Below are positions 20,443-30,698 of a stretch of 64,000 nt of DNA, one piece after another (within the stretch, counting starts at the first letter, position 1; the number at the start of each line of letters is the position of its first letter). Both the position numbers and the translations under genes were made by a program. Source of the stretch: Candidatus Parcubacteria bacterium (lineage in GTDB: Bacteria; Patescibacteriota; Minisyncoccia; Phycocordibacterales; UBA6065); the NCBI GenBank assembly GCA_039796155.1, contig JBDKKJ010000002.1:31365-95364 (forward strand). Reading direction: 5' to 3'. The notes under the pieces are model-generated. The model was not told the DNA's origin, made no database searches, and saw nothing but the letters and a program-made list of their open reading frames with translations.

Positions 20443-21471
20443 TTAAAGTTTAATATTAAGATGACCGAACGCCTTCTCTGTTGCTTTGCGTCCGCGCGGT
20501 GTTCGTTCAAGAAGTCCAAGTTGAAGGAGGTATGGTTCATGAACTTCTTCTATAGTCGCTTCCTCTTCTGAAAGGGAGGCAGCAAGGGTGTTGAGTCCCA
20601 CAGGCCCACCACCAAACTTTTCTATAAGTGTTTTAAGAAGGTCGCGGTCGCTTTGGGTGAGCCCAAGCTGGTCGATACCGAGCATAGTGAGCGCACGATC
20701 AACGATAGCAGGAGAGACAGGTACTTTTTCAACCTGAGCGAGGTCGCGAACACGCTTGAGGAGGAAGTTGGCAGTTCGTGGGGTAAAACGGCTTCGTTCA
20801 GCAATTTTTCCTGATGATTGTGGGTCTATTTCGATGTTGAGAAGCTTTGCTGAACGGTGAATGATTGATTGGATCTCCGGAGCTGTATAAAATTCGAGTT
20901 TAAAGGTGCCTCCTGAGAAGCGAGAACGGAGCGGAGCAGAGAGCATTGCCACACGAGTGGTGGCAGCAATGAGTGTAAATGGTGGAAGTTCAAGCTGAAT
21001 TGTTCGAGCGCTCGGTCCTTTACCAATAATAATGTCGAGAGAACCTGATTCCATTGCAGGATAGAGAACTTCTTCGATTGCTTTGTTGAGGCGATGGATT
21101 TCATCAATGAAAAGCATGTCGCCTGGAGCGAGGTTAGTGAGGATTGATGCAAGGTCACCAATTTTCTCGATTGCAGGACCTGAAGTTGCCTTGAGTTGCG
21201 ATGCTGTTTCTTTAGCAATCAGATGAGCGAGCGTGGTTTTTCCGAGACCTGGTGGGCCATAAAAAAGGATATGCTCGGGCGGATGGTTTCTTTCTTTAGC
21301 CGCAGTGAGGAGAACCTTGAGGTTTTCTTTAATGGTTTTCTGACCAACATAGTCATCCCACTGGGAAGGGCGGAGTGTGGTGTCGAGGAAAAGTTCATCA
21401 TTAGTAAAAGACCCTTTATTAGAGCCATTTTTACCGCTATTTACCTGTGGTTCTGCAGAGGTACTTGACAT
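20443..21471 (-). CDS. ruvB: Holliday junction branch migration helicase RuvB
   Basis: LRP..W..YVGQ, GPPGLGKTT, FIDEIHRL, RTPRGR. Confidence 0.97.
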   Translation of the reverse strand: MSSTSAEPQVNSGKNGSNKGSFTNDELFLDTTLRPSQWDDYVGQKTIKENLKVLLTAAKERNHPPEHILFYGPPGLGKTTLAHLIAKETASQLKATSGPAIEKIGDLASILTNLAPGDMLFIDEIHRLNKAIEEVLYPAMESGSLDIIIGKGPSARTIQLELPPFTLIAATTRVAMLSAPLRSRFSGGTFKLEFYTAPEIQSIIHRSAKLLNIEIDPQSSGKIAERSRFTPRTANFLLKRVRDLAQVEKVPVSPAIVDRALTMLGIDQLGLTQSDRDLLKTLIEKFGGGPVGLNTLAASLSEEEATIEEVHEPYLLQLGLLERTPRGRKATEKAFGHLNIKL

Positions 21472-21493
21472 TTCTGTTGCTTTATGCTAACAT
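21465..21493 (+). promoter_or_regulatory. sigma70-type promoter with no downstream ORF
   Basis: TTGACA(21465)-N17-TAACAT(21488) with extended -10 TG. Confidence 0.65.
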
Positions 21494-21499
21494 ACTCTA

Positions 21500-21730
21500 T
21501 GTAAAGCTGAATCGAAATACGTTACTCCAGCCTATAAATCTCTAAGCAATTAAACCTCACGGTTTACTAGCTGATACTCTCGGGACGTTCTGGTTACACT
21601 CCGGTGTTCCTACTGGGTCTATCCTAAGAACTCTGCTTAACTTTGGATGCACATCTTTAAGTATTGCTTAGAGATTTATATTCTGGAATCTATTTGAGGG
21701 AAACCTGCACACTGTGCGGGTTTTCTTTTG
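21500..21730 (+). ncRNA. putative structured ncRNA (6S-like or unknown)
   Basis: Perfect 18-bp closing stem 21533-21550/21663-21680, internal hairpins, upstream promoter, downstream hairpin plus T-run 21701-21729. Confidence 0.5.
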
Positions 21731-21856
21731 CTCTTTTCTTCCTTCATACTACTCCTCTTATATCCTCGTGCAATAGCATTTTTTCAAGAGAGCACAGGCT
21801 TGGCAGGGGACGCAAATCAGTGTCTTAATCACTGAAAGTACTTGCGTAAAAAGAGG

Positions 21857-22243
21857 CTATGCGGCGAAACCGTGATGTTCACCTGGTTTATTTCCACCTC
21901 GCTGGATTTTTGAAACTTCTGCTTGGAATTCCATGATTTCGTGCTGGTGTTCGGTGTGTTTACGTACCAATTCAGCATGTTCTGTTTCGGTTTTCTTGAG
22001 TTCTGCATCGTGTCGGGGACCTTCTGACTTGAGCTCGCTCATTGCACGCTTTAAGGCAACAATTTCAAGCTCTTTTTGTTTGATTTCATTTTCTTTTTCC
22101 TTGAGTTCGAGTTTTGCCTTTTCAGCTATCTGATGAAGTTCGCGAATTTTTGCATCTTGCTCGTGAAGTTTTGAGTCTTCGCTCATTACTTCGCGTTTGA
22201 GAGTATTGAGTGCACCGAGAACGTCTCCTGTTTTGTTTATCAT
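21857..22243 (-). CDS. coiled-coil hypothetical protein
   Basis: 128 aa heptad-rich; 9 nt downstream of pilB-like gene. Confidence 0.6.
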   Translation of the reverse strand: MINKTGDVLGALNTLKREVMSEDSKLHEQDAKIRELHQIAEKAKLELKEKENEIKQKELEIVALKRAMSELKSEGPRHDAELKKTETEHAELVRKHTEHQHEIMEFQAEVSKIQRGGNKPGEHHGFAA

Positions 22244-22252
22244 GTTTTTATT

Positions 22253-23926
22253 TTAATCGAGGTCTATTACGCGTCCAAGTTCATCTATGGTTGTAATACC
22301 ATTGAGTACTTTTAGTATACCGTCTTGAGTCATTGTGAGAATGCCTTGGGCTGCGGCAATCTTGGCGACGTCCTTTTCATTGGTAGAGAACTCAATCGCT
22401 TTGTCTATTTCTTCGGTAGTGAGAATACCTTCGTAAATGCCGAGGCGGCCTTTATAGCCGGTCATATTACAAGCCGCACAGCCCACTGGTTTGTAAACAG
22501 TATCTCGTTTTGTGGGCATTTCGGCAGGATCTACAATTGTGGCAAGAACCTTGTCAACAATCTCTTTATCTTTACCTGCGAGAGCTTCTTCCTTTTTACA
22601 TGCAGCACAAAGTTTTCGAACAAGACGCTGTGCGAGAGTGATATTGATAGCAGATGACATCACACGAGGGTTTACTCCAAGGTCAACCAAGCGGGGGAAT
22701 GAACCAGCGGCAGAATTGGTGTGAAGTGTTGAGAACACAAGGTGACCTGTAAGTGCAGAGTCGATGGCAATCTGTGCGGTTTCATTGTCTCGGATTTCTC
22801 CCACCATGATGATGTCGGGATCCTGACGAAGTGCCGAGCGGAGTCCAAGAGCGAATGTGTAGCCTTTATCAACGTTGGTCTGCGTCTGAGTAATGCCAGG
22901 GAGGTGGTATTCAATAGGGTCTTCAATGGTAATAATCTTCACATCAGGGGTGTGAATCTTTCGAAGAAACGCATACAGGGTGGTTGTTTTTCCAGATCCT
23001 GTCGGTCCTGTGGTGAGGATCATGCCGTTTGGCTTTGTCACCTGTTCAAGAAGAATACCAAGAAGCTTCTTTGGAATACCAAGGTCTTCGAGGGGCACTT
23101 GAATTGATTTTGGATTAAGAAGTCGGAGCACGATTGATTCACTGTATGCACCGGGGAGCATAGAGGTACGAATTTCGATTTCATCTTCGCCGACTTTTAC
23201 GCTAAAGCGGCCGTCCTGTGCTTCTGACTTTACGTTAAGCTTGAGACCTGAAAGGAGCTTGATACGAGAGAGAATGAGGTTATATGTTTCAAGATCAAAA
23301 GACATAATATCGGTAAGTACTCCGTCGAGGCGGAAGCGAAGGCGAGTATACGCTTCTTCTGGTTCGATGTGGACGTCTGACGCCTTGGTTGCGAGAGCGC
23401 CAGAAAGCACAATTTCAAGAATTTTAGAAATACGAAAACCCTTTTTAAGTTTAAGAATCTCTGTCATCGAAGCCTTTACGTCTTCAACAGTATGGATTTT
23501 ACCAATAAATTCTTGGATATCTTCGTTTGAAACATCGAGAGCGCCAGCTTTAGTAACAGTAGAGAAGGTAAGGTCAGAATAGCGACTCCATGCTTTTTCA
23601 AGACTTGTAAGAGATGCTACAGCGATGGTAATCTCATAACCTTTATTTTTTATAATATCGAGAGCAGCAATAGTTTTTTCATTTACAGGTGAAACCACGG
23701 CAATTTTTGCGCGTTTGCCGATAAGTGAGAAAGGGGCAAGAAGATTGGCACGTGCGTCCGCCTCAGGGATAAGTCGAAGAGCATCCATGTTAATAGGCAC
23801 GGGTCCGAGGTCTACATATTCAAGCTCATGACGTGAGGCGAGGATTTGCGCTACATCCTCCTGTTCCCGGCGTTTGAATTCGTCGAGTTTCTTGTCCTGT
23901 TTTTCTTCATCAAAAGTGACTGTCAT
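22253..23926 (-). CDS. GspE/PilB-family pilus assembly ATPase
   Basis: ASDVHIEP, GPTGSGKTT, TIEDPIEY, LRQDPD, TGHLVFSTLHTN, two CxxC. Confidence 0.93.
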   Translation of the reverse strand: MTVTFDEEKQDKKLDEFKRREQEDVAQILASRHELEYVDLGPVPINMDALRLIPEADARANLLAPFSLIGKRAKIAVVSPVNEKTIAALDIIKNKGYEITIAVASLTSLEKAWSRYSDLTFSTVTKAGALDVSNEDIQEFIGKIHTVEDVKASMTEILKLKKGFRISKILEIVLSGALATKASDVHIEPEEAYTRLRFRLDGVLTDIMSFDLETYNLILSRIKLLSGLKLNVKSEAQDGRFSVKVGEDEIEIRTSMLPGAYSESIVLRLLNPKSIQVPLEDLGIPKKLLGILLEQVTKPNGMILTTGPTGSGKTTTLYAFLRKIHTPDVKIITIEDPIEYHLPGITQTQTNVDKGYTFALGLRSALRQDPDIIMVGEIRDNETAQIAIDSALTGHLVFSTLHTNSAAGSFPRLVDLGVNPRVMSSAINITLAQRLVRKLCAACKKEEALAGKDKEIVDKVLATIVDPAEMPTKRDTVYKPVGCAACNMTGYKGRLGIYEGILTTEEIDKAIEFSTNEKDVAKIAAAQGILTMTQDGILKVLNGITTIDELGRVIDLD

Positions 23927-23977
23927 GGGAATATTTTAGCACGAGCGGGGCTGTACAACACGTGCTATTCTATTTTC

Positions 23978-24403
23978 ATGATTTCAAAGAGTGTAGAAGA
24001 AACGGGGAAAATTGCTCGGGATATTGTTAAAAAACTGAAGCCACAGGCTACGGCGACGGTTTTCGCTCTGTCGGGAAACCTTGGATCAGGGAAGACTACG
24101 TTTACTAAAGCTTTTGCTGAGGCTATCGGTATTTCATCGAGTGAGATTACGAGTCCAACCTTTGTCATACTAAAAAACTACGACATTTCTTTTTGCGGTT
24201 TCAAGAAGTTTACTCACATAGATGCATATCGACTCGAAAAAGCTGAAGAGATTGTACGGCTGGGTTGGGAGGCTTTGGTTTTTGATCCGACAAACCTCAT
24301 CTTAGTTGAGTGGCCTGAACATATTTCAGCAGTGTTACCTAAGGATTCGCACACCATCACTTTTAGTGTTGTAGATGAAAATACCCGTGAAATAGGCTTA
24401 TAA
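23978..24403 (+). CDS. tsaE: t6A biosynthesis ATPase TsaE
   Basis: LSGNLGSGKTTF, SPTF, HIDAYRL, VEWPE. Confidence 0.95.
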   Translation: MISKSVEETGKIARDIVKKLKPQATATVFALSGNLGSGKTTFTKAFAEAIGISSSEITSPTFVILKNYDISFCGFKKFTHIDAYRLEKAEEIVRLGWEALVFDPTNLILVEWPEHISAVLPKDSHTITFSVVDENTREIGL

Positions 24404-24410
24404 TAGACGT

Positions 24411-26789
24411 ATGTCTAAACGCCTTATCCTCCTCGACTCACACGCAATTCTTCACCGCGCTTATCACGGCATGCCTGACTTTGCGACATCTGGTGGTGTT
24501 CCTACGGGGGCTCTCTACGGCCTTTGTACTATGATTTTTAGCGCGGTTGATATGTTAAAGCCCGACTACATTGTTGCTGCATATGATTTACCAAAACCAA
24601 CGCATCGCCACGAAGCATATAAAGACTACAAAGCAGGTCGTGCAAAAACTGATAATGAATTGGTAAGTCAGATTATAAAGTCTCGCGACATTTATCGTGT
24701 GCTCGGTATTCCTATGTATGACAAAGAAGGATTTGAAGCTGACGACATACTTGGAACTATTGTTGAAAAGACGTTGGAGGATAAAGATATTGAAGTGATC
24801 ATTGCGTCAGGGGATATGGATACACTTCAACTCGTCTCAGGAAAGAAGGTCCAGGTCTTTACGCTAAAGAAAGGAATCAAAGATACTGTTATATATGATG
24901 AAGATGCTGTTCAGGCCCGATTTGGCTTCGGTCCTGAGCTTTTACCTGATTACAAAGGGCTTCGAGGTGATCCATCAGATAACATCAAGGGAATTAAAGG
25001 TATTGGTGAGAAGACGGCCACAATTTTGATAACAAAATTTGGTGGTATAAAAGGTATATATAAAGCCCTTAAAAAGGATAAGGAACAGTTTATAGATGCA
25101 GGAATCACTCCACGTATTATTGAGTTGCTTGAGACCTGTAAAGACGACGCTGAATTTTCAAAAGTGCTGGCAACGATTCGTCGTGATGCGCCAATTGAAT
25201 GGAAAATCCCAGAAAAAACATGGAAGGACGGTGTTGATATAGAGAAAGCCTCCGCACTTTTTGCTGAACTAGAATTCAGAACAATGACTTCACGTCTGAA
25301 AAATGTTCTCGGGCATCAGATTTCTGCAGAACAAGAAGATGGACTTGAAAAAGTAGAGGAGAAAGCACCAGAAATAACTGAAGCAGAAATCGGAACCATA
25401 AAATTTCGTGAAGCGTGTTTAATGTTGTGGCTCGTGAACTCAACTCTGACAGATCCGAAACCTGAAGATCTATTGTCGTTTACCAAGTCACATTCCCTTG
25501 ATCAGGCGTACGACATTTTGAAAGCCGAGCTAGCAAAGAGGGGGCTTACAAAAGTATTCGAGGATATTGAGAAGCCCCTTATTCCCGTTGTTGATCGTAT
25601 GAAAGAGGTGGGTGTAAAAATTGATGGCACATATCTCAAAAAGTTAGGAGAGGAATACCACAAAGAACTAGCAAAACTTGAAAAAAGCATATGGCGCATG
25701 GCTGATATGGAATTTAATATTGCGTCGCCAAAACAGCTTGGTGAAGTGTTGTTTGTGAAGCTTGGTTTGAAGTCTAAGAAGAAGACTGCGGGCGGGGCGC
25801 TCTCGACCAAAGAATCAGAATTGGAAAAGCTTGCGGAAGAGCATCCGATCATTGGGGAGATATTAAAGTATCGTGAGCTCGCAAAGTTACTTGGTACATA
25901 CATCGATACCATTCCAACAATGCTTGATAGCGACTCTCGAATACACCCAACATCAATTCAGTCGGGTGCAGTGACGGGACGCATGGCGACCAAAGATCCT
26001 TCGATTCAAAATATTCCTAATCGTTCGGAACTGGGCCGAAAAATCCGCAACGCCTTCATTGCTCCGAAGGGTTGGAAGCTTCTTGCTTTTGATTATTCTC
26101 AGATCGAACTTCGAATCGCTGCTTTTCTTTCAAAGGATGACAAATTTATTGATATCTTTCGTCGTGGGGAGGATGTTCACTCGGCCGTTGCCGCCCAGGT
26201 ATTCGGTGTTTCTGTAGAACAGGTAACAAAGGCTATGCGAAGCCAAGCAAAGACAATTAACTTCGGTGTGATGTACGGAATGGGTGTGACTGCACTTCAG
26301 AAAAACATGGGTGTCGATCGAAAAGCTGCTCAGAAATTTTATAATGACTACTTTGAAAAGTTCCATGGCTTGGCCGGCTATTTGGATTCTGTGAAAGCGG
26401 CGGCGGAGAGGGACGGTTACACAGAGACGTACTTTGGCCGCCGCCGCTACTTCGAAGGTCTCAAATCAAAACTGCCATTTATCCGTGCTGCTGCAGAGCG
26501 CATGGCAATCAACGCTCCAATCCAAGGAACTGAGGCAGACATCGTTAAGATCGCCATGATTCGCATTGTAGACTACATTCGTACAAAAAAGCTTGATGAT
26601 AAAGTTCATATTCTCATGCAGGTACATGACGAAATTGTGCTTGAAGCCAAAGAAGATACTGCAGAAAAAATCGTTGCAGACATAAAGAAAATAATGGAAG
26701 ACATTATTTTACCTAAAGATATACACGGTATTACGATTACAACTGAAGCCAAGATAGGGGACAACTGGGGAGAGATGGAAAAGATATAA
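24411..26789 (+). CDS. polA: DNA polymerase I (short; 3'-5' exonuclease domain apparently lost)
   Basis: 5' nuclease EADD and GDPSDNI; polymerase DYSQIELR, AK.INFG..YG, QVHDE. Confidence 0.95.
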   Translation: MSKRLILLDSHAILHRAYHGMPDFATSGGVPTGALYGLCTMIFSAVDMLKPDYIVAAYDLPKPTHRHEAYKDYKAGRAKTDNELVSQIIKSRDIYRVLGIPMYDKEGFEADDILGTIVEKTLEDKDIEVIIASGDMDTLQLVSGKKVQVFTLKKGIKDTVIYDEDAVQARFGFGPELLPDYKGLRGDPSDNIKGIKGIGEKTATILITKFGGIKGIYKALKKDKEQFIDAGITPRIIELLETCKDDAEFSKVLATIRRDAPIEWKIPEKTWKDGVDIEKASALFAELEFRTMTSRLKNVLGHQISAEQEDGLEKVEEKAPEITEAEIGTIKFREACLMLWLVNSTLTDPKPEDLLSFTKSHSLDQAYDILKAELAKRGLTKVFEDIEKPLIPVVDRMKEVGVKIDGTYLKKLGEEYHKELAKLEKSIWRMADMEFNIASPKQLGEVLFVKLGLKSKKKTAGGALSTKESELEKLAEEHPIIGEILKYRELAKLLGTYIDTIPTMLDSDSRIHPTSIQSGAVTGRMATKDPSIQNIPNRSELGRKIRNAFIAPKGWKLLAFDYSQIELRIAAFLSKDDKFIDIFRRGEDVHSAVAAQVFGVSVEQVTKAMRSQAKTINFGVMYGMGVTALQKNMGVDRKAAQKFYNDYFEKFHGLAGYLDSVKAAAERDGYTETYFGRRRYFEGLKSKLPFIRAAAERMAINAPIQGTEADIVKIAMIRIVDYIRTKKLDDKVHILMQVHDEIVLEAKEDTAEKIVADIKKIMEDIILPKDIHGITITTEAKIGDNWGEMEKI

Positions 26790-26797
26790 TATAAAGT

Positions 26798-27514
26798 ATG
26801 CTTTACGTCATTTACGGAACAGATATTGAAAAAGCGCGCGAAAAGTCACATGCGCTTTTTAATGCGCTCCGTGAAAAGAAACCAGATGCATCCGCGGGCA
26901 CGCTTACCGCCGACAGTGTCACTCCTGAAAAAATCGAAGAGCTCACACAGACACAGGGTCTTTTTGAGAATAAACAAATTCTCTTTATGGATCGTACGCT
27001 TGAGAATAAAGATGCGCGCGAAGTCATGCTTGATAAAATTGATGCTATTGCCGAGTCACCAAACATCTTTATTTTCTTTGAGGGTAAGCTTACTAAAGAA
27101 GTTTTAAAGAAACTCGAGAAGCATGCCGAAAAAGTAACTGAATATGAATCAGAGACCGAAAAACCAAAAGAGGTGGGGAGTTTCTTTGCCCTTGCTGATG
27201 CATTAGGCGCACGAGACAAGAAACGTCTATGGATGTTGTATCGAGACGCGATTGATAAAGAAGCGGTTCCTGAAGAAATTCATGGAATACTTTTCTGGCA
27301 GGCAAAGGCACTTGCTCTCGCACAAAAGACATCTACTGCGGGTGAAGCGGGTCTCAATCCGTTTGTATACAGCAAAGCAAAACGATATGTCTCTAACTTT
27401 AAAGAAGGGGAGATAGATACCATGGTATCGAGATTGGTCCACATGTATCACAAAGCGCACCGAGGCCAGGTTGATTTTGAGATTGAACTTGAAAAATTCG
27501 CTCTCGACCTCTAA
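26798..27514 (+). CDS. holA: DNA polymerase III delta subunit-like
   Basis: MLYVIYG, TQGLF, FALADAL, NPFV..KA pattern. Confidence 0.75.
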   Translation: MLYVIYGTDIEKAREKSHALFNALREKKPDASAGTLTADSVTPEKIEELTQTQGLFENKQILFMDRTLENKDAREVMLDKIDAIAESPNIFIFFEGKLTKEVLKKLEKHAEKVTEYESETEKPKEVGSFFALADALGARDKKRLWMLYRDAIDKEAVPEEIHGILFWQAKALALAQKTSTAGEAGLNPFVYSKAKRYVSNFKEGEIDTMVSRLVHMYHKAHRGQVDFEIELEKFALDL

Positions 27515-27582
27515 ATCATTGAGATTTGAGGGTTTTGTGGTATTATCGGTTTCATTCCGCGGGTGCTTAAAATTCAATACAT

Positions 27583-27655
27583 CCGCCCATAGCTCAGTCG
27601 GTAGAGCAGCTCCCTTTTAAGGAGAAGGTCGTTGGTTCGATTCCAACTGGGCGGA
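27583..27655 (+). tRNA. tRNA-Lys(TTT)
   Basis: Acceptor CCGCCCA/TGGGCGG, loop CT-TTT-AA, T arm GTTGG-TTCGATT-CCAAC. Confidence 0.93.
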
Positions 27656-27739
27656 CACTCATGCGATAGGTTCGGAGTCCGAGAGGGTCTATGCAACTTT
27701 TTGTAGTTTCTTTATTCGCTAATCTGATATTATTTTTGT

Positions 27740-29179
27740 ATGGACGAAAGCAACAAGGAAAAATTAGCAGTCTTACTCAACACTGAAGAGTGGCAAGTTT
27801 TCGAGTGTAAGGGTGCGGCAATAAAGCCTGCAAAGCTCATGGAGACCGTTATTGCTTTTGCTAATACCAACGGCGGCACAATTGTCATCGGTCTAGAAGA
27901 TCCCAAGAAAGCAACAGGTGAAAAAAGATTATTAGGAATAAGTAAATATGCCGACAATGTATCGAGCTTTTTGGCTCTTCTTGCAAAAGATATAGAGCCA
28001 CCACTTATAGATTTTTCTCACGAAGAATTTGAGATAACAAATGTAGAGGGTAAGGCAGACAAGCTTATTCTCTTTAGGATAGATAAAAGCGATGATGTGC
28101 ATTCGCTAAAGAATGGAGATACCTATGTAAGAAAGGGTAATCAGAATCAGAAAATCGGCGCTTCTGAAATAATTCGGCTAAAGTACGAAAAGGGCTCGAT
28201 CAAGTTCGAATCTGAGATGTCTAATTTGGATCAATTTGATGATGTTGATACTGATTTACTAAAAAAGTTTAAAGATGATACCGACGGTAAAGGTAGTGAT
28301 TGGCAATTCTTTAAAGACAACGGCCTCGCTATAAAGAAGCGCAACAAGTTCTTTTTAACCAAAGGCGGAGGACTGCTCTTCGGAAAGAATCCATCTGTTC
28401 TTCTTGGTAGTAAATCGAGCATAAAAATATCAAGATTCTTTGGTACGAAACAATCATTCACCGGTACGCCGAATTTGGTTCATAAACCACTTACTCTCGA
28501 AGGTCCTCTTTTGCTACAAATAACTGCCGCTGTTGATTATTTCAGGCAAGTGGTTAGGACGTCTCCTCCAAAACTCAGTGGTTCAACATTCAAGCCAAGT
28601 CTGCTTATTCCTGAGTCGGCATTCCAAGAGGCCGTAACCAATGCCGTGATACATAGAAATTATTCTATACAGAATGATATTCAGGTTAGATTTTTTGATG
28701 ACCATATTGAGATCGAAAGCCCGGGAACATATCCTGGACACGTTACTCCTGCGAACATAAGGCGAGAACGATTCGCCCGTAATCCGATAATTCAGAGAAC
28801 TCTAAATCGGTTTGGTGATGCTCCGAACTTGGATATCGGAGAGGGAGTGGACCGTATGTTCAAGGTTATGAAGCAAAAGAACTTGTATGAGCCGCTTTAT
28901 CAGCCAGCAACTCTGTTTCCAAATTCCGTGATGGTGGTCTTGTTTAATCTTCAAAAAATGGAGGCTTGGGATACGGTAAGCAATTATCTCGATAAGAATT
29001 TAAAGATTACTAACGAGCAGTCGAGAAATATCACAGGTATCACTGATACAGTAAAGATGTCACGTCTTTTCAAACAGTGGGTTGAAAATGGTCTTTTAAA
29101 AAAGGCAGAAGGAAGATCCAAAAGGGATATGTATTATTACAAGGCGGGGCAGGAGCTTTCTGCGGTTCTATTTTCATAG
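27740..29179 (+). CDS. AlbA_2 (Schlafen-like) domain + HATPase_c_4 ('RecG C-terminal-like') ATP-binding protein with C-terminal wHTH
   Basis: E...FECK...AFANTNGG.IVIG, YVRKG; EAVTNAVIHRNY, IEIESPG, RNPII, GEGV. Confidence 0.8.
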   Translation: MDESNKEKLAVLLNTEEWQVFECKGAAIKPAKLMETVIAFANTNGGTIVIGLEDPKKATGEKRLLGISKYADNVSSFLALLAKDIEPPLIDFSHEEFEITNVEGKADKLILFRIDKSDDVHSLKNGDTYVRKGNQNQKIGASEIIRLKYEKGSIKFESEMSNLDQFDDVDTDLLKKFKDDTDGKGSDWQFFKDNGLAIKKRNKFFLTKGGGLLFGKNPSVLLGSKSSIKISRFFGTKQSFTGTPNLVHKPLTLEGPLLLQITAAVDYFRQVVRTSPPKLSGSTFKPSLLIPESAFQEAVTNAVIHRNYSIQNDIQVRFFDDHIEIESPGTYPGHVTPANIRRERFARNPIIQRTLNRFGDAPNLDIGEGVDRMFKVMKQKNLYEPLYQPATLFPNSVMVVLFNLQKMEAWDTVSNYLDKNLKITNEQSRNITGITDTVKMSRLFKQWVENGLLKKAEGRSKRDMYYYKAGQELSAVLFS

Positions 29180-29229
29180 GCCTTGATAATAAAACCTTAA
29201 TACCTATAAAGGCCTAAAAATAAGGCTAT

Positions 29230-30579
29230 TTAGGAATCTTCATTTTCACAGGCCTTTTCAGCTAATTTGATTTGTTTATTCGCGAGTAGGATTTTACTCC
29301 TCAAACATCCTAACAGTTCTCGTTTTTCCACCATCGTTCCTTCCCGTAAAACATATTTTGCATAATTTCGTATATCGATATCTTCGACTTTGATCACTTT
29401 AGTTTTCACGCCAAGCATCGCTGATTGAAACCTCTTGTTTCGTTCGATTTCCGTTTTGATTTTCTCTTTCATACCTATCTCATTGAGGTCGATTGTATCG
29501 GCCACAGACGTTAGTTGTTCTATAAGAGCCTCTTCCGATATATAGCCACCTTTGCACGCTTTATCATTGTACTTGGTGCAACCGTAGTAGACGTATCGAT
29601 GTATGTTGCCGTTCTTCTGTTTCTTGAACTTCTCGTCGGCCGTGATGCCTGAGCCGCAGAGCCCACAGCTCATGAGCTTGGTGAAGGCGAATTCCTTGCT
29701 CTCTACCCGTATGACATGCTGACTTATAGCTCCCTGTACCTTGTCGAAAAGATCCTTTGATATGAGCGGCTCATGCTTGCCTTGATACCAGTTACCGCTT
29801 CCTCGTGGATATTCGAATGTACCGTAATAGAAATGGTTGCGGAGGATCAGATATACATTGGAGAGGGTGAGGGGTTTGTCATATCGCGATTTGAAATGCA
29901 TGTCGTCTTTGAGCCATGAATAGATTTTACGGCCGCTATACCCCTCATATGCCACCTTATGGAATATCTGCTGGATTATTGCCCCTCTCTTCGGATCAAT
30001 CTTAATCTGGCAACATTCATCCTTGTTCTTTGAATTGATATAGCCTGTGGGCGCTACGCAGGGCCAGAGGCCCATCTCGACTCTGGCTCGGAGGCCTCTC
30101 TTCACATTGATGCGACGGTTATCATTTTCAAGTTTTGCTTGTGAGCCGAGAATCATGAGGAGGAACTTTTCATTCGGGTTATTAGTGAATCTCTGCCCAT
30201 ACGTTCTGATTTCTATGAGCTTACCCGCATCCATGAGATCGACGATTCGACCAAGGTCGCCTGCGTTTCTCGATATACGATCCGGTGCCCATGTGAGTAT
30301 TCCGTTGAACTTTCCCGTTTTTATTTCCTCCACGATCTCATTGAATACCGGCCTCTGCCCAGTTTCCTTGGCTGAATGTGACTCCTTTTTTATCTCCGTT
30401 ATGTCGAGCTTCTCGCTATCAGCAAGGCGAAGCATCTCCTTGATCTGCGAGTCGATGGAAAGTACCTGCTGTTCCTCTGATTCCGTCGATTTCCTCGCGT
30501 ACAGGCAGTATTTCATCTTTATAGGAACTACTATTTTGGCCGGGGTCCCTAAAGGCGCTTGTATCGTATTGTTGTTCAT
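29230..30579 (-). CDS. large serine recombinase (resolvase + recombinase + Zn ribbon)
   Basis: YARKS, SIDSQ, DRISRN, APTGY, HEPLIS..LF, CGLCG...YYGC. Confidence 0.93.
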   Translation of the reverse strand: MNNNTIQAPLGTPAKIVVPIKMKYCLYARKSTESEEQQVLSIDSQIKEMLRLADSEKLDITEIKKESHSAKETGQRPVFNEIVEEIKTGKFNGILTWAPDRISRNAGDLGRIVDLMDAGKLIEIRTYGQRFTNNPNEKFLLMILGSQAKLENDNRRINVKRGLRARVEMGLWPCVAPTGYINSKNKDECCQIKIDPKRGAIIQQIFHKVAYEGYSGRKIYSWLKDDMHFKSRYDKPLTLSNVYLILRNHFYYGTFEYPRGSGNWYQGKHEPLISKDLFDKVQGAISQHVIRVESKEFAFTKLMSCGLCGSGITADEKFKKQKNGNIHRYVYYGCTKYNDKACKGGYISEEALIEQLTSVADTIDLNEIGMKEKIKTEIERNKRFQSAMLGVKTKVIKVEDIDIRNYAKYVLREGTMVEKRELLGCLRSKILLANKQIKLAEKACENEDS

Positions 30580-30669
30580 ACATACAAGGGATGACGCAGA
30601 CCCGTTAGGGAGTCAAGGAGGGAAGTGTTGGTAATAAGCCTTGTTTAAAGCCATTTTTAAAATATTGTC

Positions 30670-30698
30670 TTGACAAGTAGCTCTACAATGTATATAAT
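30670..30698 (+). promoter_or_regulatory. consensus sigma70 promoter for DGR target gene
   Basis: TTGACA(30670)-N17-TATAAT(30693). Confidence 0.8.
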
